A stretch of DNA of 56,316 nt from Octopus bimaculoides (lineage: Eukaryota). Below, in pieces: positions 49,113 through 56,316 of the stretch (positions are counted from its first letter, which is position 1; each line of letters starts with the position of its first letter). A program made the position numbers and the translations under genes. The stretch is from positions 165,971,878 through 166,028,193 of the forward strand of contig NC_068983.1 in NCBI RefSeq assembly GCF_001194135.2. Reading direction: 5' to 3'. Below the pieces are notes generated by a model. The model saw nothing but the letters and a program-made list of their open reading frames with translations. It searched no databases and was not told where the DNA came from.

Positions 49113-49470
49113 GTTGTTGTTTTTTGTTGTCAGAGAATGTCTCTTCTCTTTAAATGATGTGTATTCATAACACATGTGATTTATCAATGTTAGGGGACTT
49201 TCAGACACTGTCGTGTTTCAACCTTATTGTGTGTCTCCTCAGTCTAAACTATACCTCCAGACCAATGAATCTACCAACCTCTTGTTTATAGAAATCAGCA
49301 GCCAAATTATCTGCTGATGTCTGCCAACAGGTAATAATTGATGGGGTACACACAGAACAGGGAGAATCCAAACAATAACATATCTATTCATTCTTAGTAC
49401 ATACTGGCAAATTCAAACCTGAATATCTGATTGTTGTTGTTTTTTCATCAGAGCATCATCTCCCTTAATT
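49113..49470 (-). ncRNA. Retrozyme-like element (~318-nt unit) with a type I hammerhead ribozyme at 49197-49248
   Basis: Minus strand gtttaga-CTGAGGA-gac-acacaataag-gtt-GAAA-cac-gaca-gtg-TC-tgaaagt; ~40-nt terminal direct repeats 318 nt apart. Confidence 0.72.
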
Positions 49471-49684
49471 TATTTTTTCAATTCCACTGAAGTAAAATTT
49501 ATCCAGGTAAAAATTGGGGACAATAATCCCTCATTAAACCTGGTTTAAATTTTATTTATCTTTTACTACTTTTAACAGTTTATGATATTTAGTCACAAAC
49601 AAGATCTGCAATCCTCTTGGAGATTCTTTCCCTTTTTTTGTTGATGAAAGTTTCAATGCCTTTTTTCTTTGGAATTCCTTTTAG

Positions 49685-49857
49685 ATTGTATTCTCTACGA
49701 AATATCAAGACAGTGTTCAAGAAGCATACCTTCATGTGCTCCAAGAAGCCAACCTGATTCTGAGGGGTCCAGTCGTAGACTCTGAGATCGAATATTTAGA
49801 AGAATATCAAAATTTATTTGCCGAATCCTGCCAGAAACTCGGAGATTTCTATGCCTG
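49685..49857 (+). CDS. HPS3: HPS3 exon 8
   Basis: IVFSTKYQDSVQEAYLHVLQEANLILRG...FAESCQKLGDFYA (cf. HLLSEAHLLVRA...FKESCGHLGDCYS); ttttag| and |gtagtt; phase 0-2. Confidence 0.92.
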
Positions 49858-49980
49858 GTAGTTTAATTATATTTTTATTTAAATTATTAATTTCATGTGA
49901 GATTAAATGATGCCTTAACATAAAAGATGTAATTATTCTCTGTGCAGCAAAATTGAAATGTTCTGTTTTAATTTGATCAG

Positions 49981-50086
49981 GCACCCTTGTTCAGACTGGA
50001 AACTTTGTCTACCATATTACAACATGGCTGGGATCACCCTAAAAGATGCTTTACAGAAAGCCTCTAACATTAATGAAAAAGATCAG
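49981..50086 (+). CDS. HPS3: HPS3 exon 9
   Basis: HPCSDWKLCLPYYNMAGITLKDALQKASNINEKDQ (cf. HLTLPYYKMSGLSMAEVL); gatcag| and CAG|gtctgt; phase 2-0. Confidence 0.9.
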
Positions 50087-51066
50087 GTCTGTATGCAACA
50101 TGTTCCAGAGATTTTGATAAATAAATTGACTGAGTGTGGAACTTTAGCTTCCTAAGTTTAAGACAATAGAATTCAGGCTTTGTTTTCATTCTTTAGTAAC
50201 TGTGAACAGTGTAAGGGAACTTCTTCAAAAGTCTTTCTTTAATTACTCCTGGTTTCAAATTGTTAGATGGGAATATAAATATCACCATATATATGTTAAT
50301 ACTTACAGTATGAGGTGAAGAATTCACATAAATGGTATATTACATGATGATGTTGCTTATAGAATAAAGAATCAATGATACCTAATTGATGACTCAATAC
50401 AAATGATTGATTTTATTGAGATATCAAACTTTCATCTTAATATTTGAATTATAAGATTCAGCAACACTTGAGTATATTTAAATTGATGTTATACATTTTA
50501 AATTGAAGGAAGTGTGTCCTTGTCTTGTGTAAATCACAGACATTTCACAGACAGAACTCAATTTGGTTCACACATTCCACACTTTTCTGCAAACACATTG
50601 AATTTGGTTCTTTTTGCATATTTTTCCAAATACAAGAACAAACCTTTCTCTTTTAACAAAACTTTGTTCATAACCACAAAGTTTTCACTTAAATACATCA
50701 TTTTGGTTCTAAGAAACAGATTTAGAATCTACAAGAAACCTAGACTCTGTTGCAGTTTAAAATCCTCTCCTGTCGTTTACATCACGTGACATATTTCTGA
50801 TCTATGAAGGATATTGTTCCACCATCTTTGAATTGTGGGATGTCTATCAAACGTCTTTGATGCAGTCAGTCAAATGCTATAAACTGTCTGATTTCAATAA
50901 AGCTGGAAATTAGGAGAATGCTTGGCCTTTCAGAAGCTACAAGTCAGATAATAAGCATTTTTGTCAAAGGAAACATTAATCCTGAGTGAAATCCCTTAGG
51001 AGATTATCCAAAGCTTCAACAGTGTTTATTATTTCTCTATTTAATCTGTTTTATTTTATATTTCAG

Positions 51067-51153
51067 GGCATCTTCTTTAAACATGGAAAAGGGTTTCTCC
51101 ATTATCTAAAAAGGAAAATTTTTGGAAATTCTGAACCTTTAAATCTAAGCACT
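51067..51153 (+). CDS. HPS3: HPS3 exon 10 (last in window; gene continues)
   Basis: GIFFKHGKGFLHYLKRKIFGNSEPLNLST (cf. YERGLIFYINHSL); tttcag| and |gtaagt; phase 0-0. The ten exons total 2043 nt with no stop. Confidence 0.82.
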
Positions 51154-53436
51154 GTAAGTATAATATATTTTATATATGTGGCTGTGTGGTAAGCAGTTTG
51201 CTTCCCAACTACACAGTTCTGGGGTCAGTCCCACTGCATGGCACCTTGGGTACATGTCTTCCATTCTAAACCCAGACTGACCAAAGCCTTGTGAGTGATC
51301 CAGTGACTGAAACAAGTAAAAGATAAAATACGTCTGTCTGTATGTCTGTGTTCTTTGTAGAATGTTTACATGAAGGGTTTTATGGTTTCTTTTGCAAAAT
51401 ATATTTTGTGATAACATCTGGGGAAGGAAAAACATCGAATGGATTGTTAAATGGGATCCCCACCCCCAAAACTGGAATCGGTTACAGTGGAGGTGGGGGG
51501 TCAGGTCAAAGAATATGATTGGTAAATATTGAAACTTCATTAAATTCAAAATGTTTAATGAAGAGAAAATCGGTTGAGAATGAATTTCTATTTACAGGTC
51601 ATGCCAACCTAATTGTAGAAATATTTAACCTTCATAGGAATCAATTATATATTAATTATTATTTTATGAAACAAATAGATGAGTTTATATTTCAATGGTC
51701 TAATTATACCTAGCTATCTTCTTTACCTGTCTATCTTTCTATTTGCGTACATGCATGTCTGTATCAACCTACCTACCCACCTCCCTATCCATCCCCCCTC
51801 TCCTTCCTTCCCTCCATTCTCTTTCTATTTACTCTTCCAGCCACCCATCCTATCCCCTCTCCATCATCAATAATCTAAGCCATAATTACCAAACATCCTT
51901 CCTCAAGTCGGTAAATTCTAAAGGAATAAACCACACCTCTGTTTGCAACACAAAAAGCAGCATTTATTCCGTCATAAATAAATTATTGACCTTCCATTTA
52001 CGACGGAGATGTCAACTTGACTTGTTTATTCTATATTTGGTTGCAATGTTTATTTGTTATCATGTGACATGTTAATTAATGTCTCAGTTAATTTGCATAC
52101 ACCATGAGAAGGCATAAATATAATGGATGAGTTTCAATTAGTCAGAGTAATTAACATATTAAATTTTCAGCATTTTTTTCTGTTCACATGACAATATATG
52201 ATGTTGTTGACCTTCACCCATACTTCTGCATGTGTGTGTGTGTGTGTGTGCATTCATGCATGCACATGTACATATATGCATATAAAATGCACTCATACAC
52301 AATATGAAAAACTTATTTTTTGTGCATATTAACTGAGTCTAATAGTTATCCTTGTACAAAATATATCATCATTATCATTTGATGTCTGTTTTCTATGCTG
52401 GCATGGGTTGGAGAGGTCAAGAAGATATGAAGAATCACAGAATTGTATTCTCTTCTAATGTCTGCTTTGGCCTGCTTTGACGTGGATGTTGTTCCTGATG
52501 CCAACCACTATGGCACCAGCACTAGTGATGTCTTCTTGAACCTTGTGAGACTAACAGCCTAAAGGGAGGCCCCTATAACTGATGGAGAATAGAGGAAGGG
52601 ATACCCCTGAAGTTTGCTAGATCCTGTCGAACTGTCCAGGCCAATTTCAGCATGGAAAACAATGATGATATATTTATCATCACCATTTAATACTCATCTT
52701 CCATGCCAACATATGCTGGATGGTTTGACAGGATCCAGTGTTCCCAAGGGTTGCAGAGCACTCCAATCTCTGTTTTCACATGGTTTCTGCAGCTGGATTC
52801 CCTTCCTAATGCCAACCACTCGACATGTGTGCAGATTGCATTTTTTGTGCCAGCAGCCCTAATGAGCTCACCTTATAGCTTCCGAGTCTACAAAATCCAA
52901 TCGGTTGTGCACCAATGTCTGTGAATGCTGTTGTTCCACATTTGTCACCAGTTGAGTAAAGTGGTGATGATGTTGACATTCCTCATGGACATTACGTCTG
53001 GTTACTTTGCACTTTCTAAGAACTGTGGAGTAAAAATATAACTCGGTTGAAATCAAGTAAGCCTGGTAACAGGAAGAGTATCGAGTCATAAAAATTTGTC
53101 TCAAGTAAAACCCTGTTCAAATCCACCATCATCATCATCATTTAACATCCATCATCCATGATAGCATGGGTTGGACACTTTGACAGGAACTGGTAAGCTT
53201 GAGGACTGTCCCAAGCTCCACTGTCTTGGCATGGTTTCTATGGCTGGGTGCCCTTCCTAACAGAAACCACTTTACAGAGTGCTCCACTGGGTGCCTTTTA
53301 TGTGGCACCAACAATGCTGAGGTCACCAAATAGCTTGCAAGACAAAGATCCTTCAACTGAGAGGGGAATAATATTGAGGGAGGACAGAAACAGGGGTCTT
53401 GTAGTGGAGGAAATACATGGTTACCTCTGTCAGAAG

Positions 53437-53470
<34 letters not shown>

Positions 53471-53929
53471 ACACACAATAAAGATGTTGACATGTCAAGG
53501 AGGGGGATACTCTCAAGTGAGTGGGGGGAGTGTAAAAGTAGGGAGTTTGAGAAAGTTCAAGAGGGAGAAAGGAGGGAAGGGGGAATTTGGTCAGGGTGGG
53601 GGCGGCAACAGAATAGCAATGATACAGTTAACAGGAAGAGATGAGAGCAGTGTTGGGCTGCTGGAGTGAGGAGGCATGAAGGAATGATGTAGCTTGGTTC
53701 ATTGGGGTAAGGTGTGGGGTAGGGTGTGTGAATTAATGTTACCTTTTGGTGGAATACACAGTGCTTCCAGAATTTAGTTTTGCTAAGGTGGGTGGGCCTT
53801 TTTAAGAACTTCATAGCACCAGGCATCTTAGTCCATTCTCATCTCTTCGGTGAGGCCCAACATCTTCAGATTGGTCTTCACTACTTCATCCCATGTCTTC
53901 CTGGCTCTTCCACTTCCACAAATGCCATC

Positions 53930-53949
53930 ACACGCACACACACGCACAC

Positions 53950-54030
<81 letters not shown>
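53930..54030 (+). repeat. (CA)n microsatellite
   Basis: Direct inspection. Confidence 0.95.
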
Positions 54031-54035
<5 letters not shown>

Positions 54036-54361
54036 ATGACGAACACAGTATTGTAACATAAGCAGCTGATATCTCTTCATTGGGTTGAATGTTATAAATA
54101 AATCAGGTTCTTTGTTACTTGAAGTAAGCTGTTGAGGTTTTCAAACTGAAATAACTTTCTCTCTCTCTCTCTCTCTCTGTTTGTCTGTCTGTCTCTTTCT
54201 CTCTCATCTCTGTCTGTCTCTCTCTCTCAATCTTTCTCATCTGTCTCTCTCTTTATTTCTGTCTCGTTATTACATGAATTGTGCATGAAGATTCATTATT
54301 TTGTTGTAATATGTTTGATAAAAGTTTGAACTCATCATCATCATCATTATTATTATTATTA

Positions 54362-54399
<38 letters not shown>

Positions 54400-55014
54400 G
54401 TCAGGGCAGTGGGCTGGCAGAATGGTCACAGCTCAGGACAAAATGCTTAGTGGCACTTCTTCCAGTTTCATGTTCTGAGTTCAAATTCCACGAAGTTCCA
54501 CTTTGTTTTTCATCCTTTTGAGGTCATTGAAAATCATTACCACTCAGGTACCAGGTTCGATGTAACCGACTCCCTCCTCCCCCTCAGAATTACTGGCCTT
54601 GTGCCTAAACTTAGAAAGAATTACCATTTTGGTCTTCTTGCCATAGAATATATTTAGATCTCAACAAGGCCGTATAAAGGAATTGGTTTCTGGGAAGGAT
54701 GAGACTAATCCATGACATGTTCCGACATGCTACCTACTCTGTCTCAACAACAATAATCCTTTCTACTATAGGCACAAGGCCTGAAAGTTTGAGGGGAGGG
54801 GCTAGTTGATCACATCGACCTCACTACTCAATTAGTACTTATTCTATCAGCTGTGAAAAGATGAAAGGCAAAGATGACTGTGGCAGAATTTGAATTCAGA
54901 ACATAAAGATGAGCAAAATGCTTCATTCTGCCCAACAGGCTAACAATTCTGTCAGCTTGTCACCTTAATAACAATAACAATAATAATAATAATATTAATA
55001 ATAATAATAATAAT

Positions 55015-55545
55015 GAGTGGTACAGGTGACATCCAGAGGATGTCGTAAATAGCAAGGGTTTCACCATCCTTTGGAACTTCTCAATACAAACTGACTCCAA
55101 TTGACCAGACATTGTGATCAAGGACTACAACAGAGGAACTTGTCTGTTAATAGATATGTCTGTCTCATGAGATCAAAATGTTTCAAGAAAGGAATACGAG
55201 AAGCTTTCTCACTCTAAAGATCTGCAAATTGAAATCACAAAAATGTGGAAGCTTAGTAGTGCGATAATATCAGTAGTAATTGGTGCATTGGGATTGATAA
55301 AGAAGGGAGCTGAGAAGTATATTAAGCAACTCCCTGGTAGCTCCAATCTCCGGGAACTACAAAAGATATCCTTGATGGGTACAGTCCATGTACTATGGAA
55401 AGCACTCTCCATCTAAAATGGAATAAATGTGGTTATAATTTTCGCATGCATAGCAAAACAAAAGTGCCCTTGCTACTCATGGCTTCTGGAGGATGCCCGG
55501 TACTAAGGCAGCTGAAATAAAGTTATAATGAAAAGAAACCATAAA
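55015..55545 (+). mobile_element. Second, divergent Dong/R4-type endonuclease fragment
   Basis: Degraded ILWNFSIQTD..PDIVIKD...LLIDMSV..EKLS..KDLQIEITKMW..VVIGALGLIKK..LQKISLMGTVHVL..ALSI* (stop 55414-55416); (AAT)n flanks. Confidence 0.85.
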
Positions 55546-56316
55546 TAATAATAATGATAATAATGATAATAATAACGATGATGATGATGATAATGATAAT
55601 AATAATAATAATAATAATTACAGATGCCTCTCTACTTTCCTTTCTTCGATTTATCTTTTACTTATTTCTGTCATTTGACTATGGCCATGCTGGGGCACCA
55701 CCTAGCTGAATAAATTAATCCCAATATGTATTTATTAAATGCTGTTACTTTTTCTGTTGGTTTCTTTTGCTGAACTGCTAAGCTATGAGGACATAAACCA
55801 ACCAATAGCACTTGTCAAGAAATGCAGGGAGGACAACACAAAACATGCACATTCATTGATGCATGTGTGTATGTATGTATGTATGTATGCAGTGGGCTTC
55901 CACACAGTTTCCATCTACCAAATTCACTTACAAGGCATTAGTTATCCCAGGGCTGTCCAAGATGCTGGGCAGTGGGACAGAACCTGAACCCACTTGATTG
56001 CAAACTGAGTTTCTTAACCACACAGTCATGCCTGCACCCCTTTTTCTTATACATTGTTTATATATATATATGTATGTATATATGTATGTAAAAGCACCAT
56101 TCAGGTGTGGTCGATGTCTGTGCCACCCGACTGGCTCCTGTGCCAGTGGCACGTAAAATGCACTCACTACACTCTCAGAATGTTTGGCATTAGGAAGGGC
56201 ATCCAGCTGTAGAAACCTTGCCAGATCAGATTGGAGCCTGGTGCAGCCTCAGTCCTCAGTCAAACCGTCCAACCCATGCCAGCATGGAAAGCAGATATTA
56301 AATGATGATGATATAT

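Overview
AT-rich, microsatellite-dense animal genomic DNA with N gaps. The repeat families and gene sequences suggest an octopus; this is inference, not a database result. Two spliced + strand genes can be rebuilt with GT-AG introns and consistent phases. SF3A2 has 7 coding exons at 8768-15690 (205 codons); its terminal exon is not visible and probably lies in the 16728-17568 gap. HPS3 (BLOC-2 subunit) has 10 coding exons at 23419-51153 (681 codons) and continues past the window. The rest is mostly mobile DNA: tRNA-derived SINEs, RTE and CR1 LINE 3' ends, two Dong/R4-type endonuclease fragments in (TAA)n, a Penelope-like GIY-YIG ORF, mariner and maT fossils, and several MITEs. The best finding is a ~290-318 nt non-coding unit with terminal direct repeats and a type I hammerhead ribozyme core, present twice in HPS3 introns (49113-49470 minus; 26948-27307 plus). 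It looks like a non-LTR retrozyme (circular ribozyme RNA element). Other notable items are a TIR/TSD MITE with head-to-head telomere-like repeats and a 155-bp inverted duplication flanked by a 29-bp direct repeat. Nearly all ORFs in the supplied track are microsatellite, N-gap or repeat artefacts.
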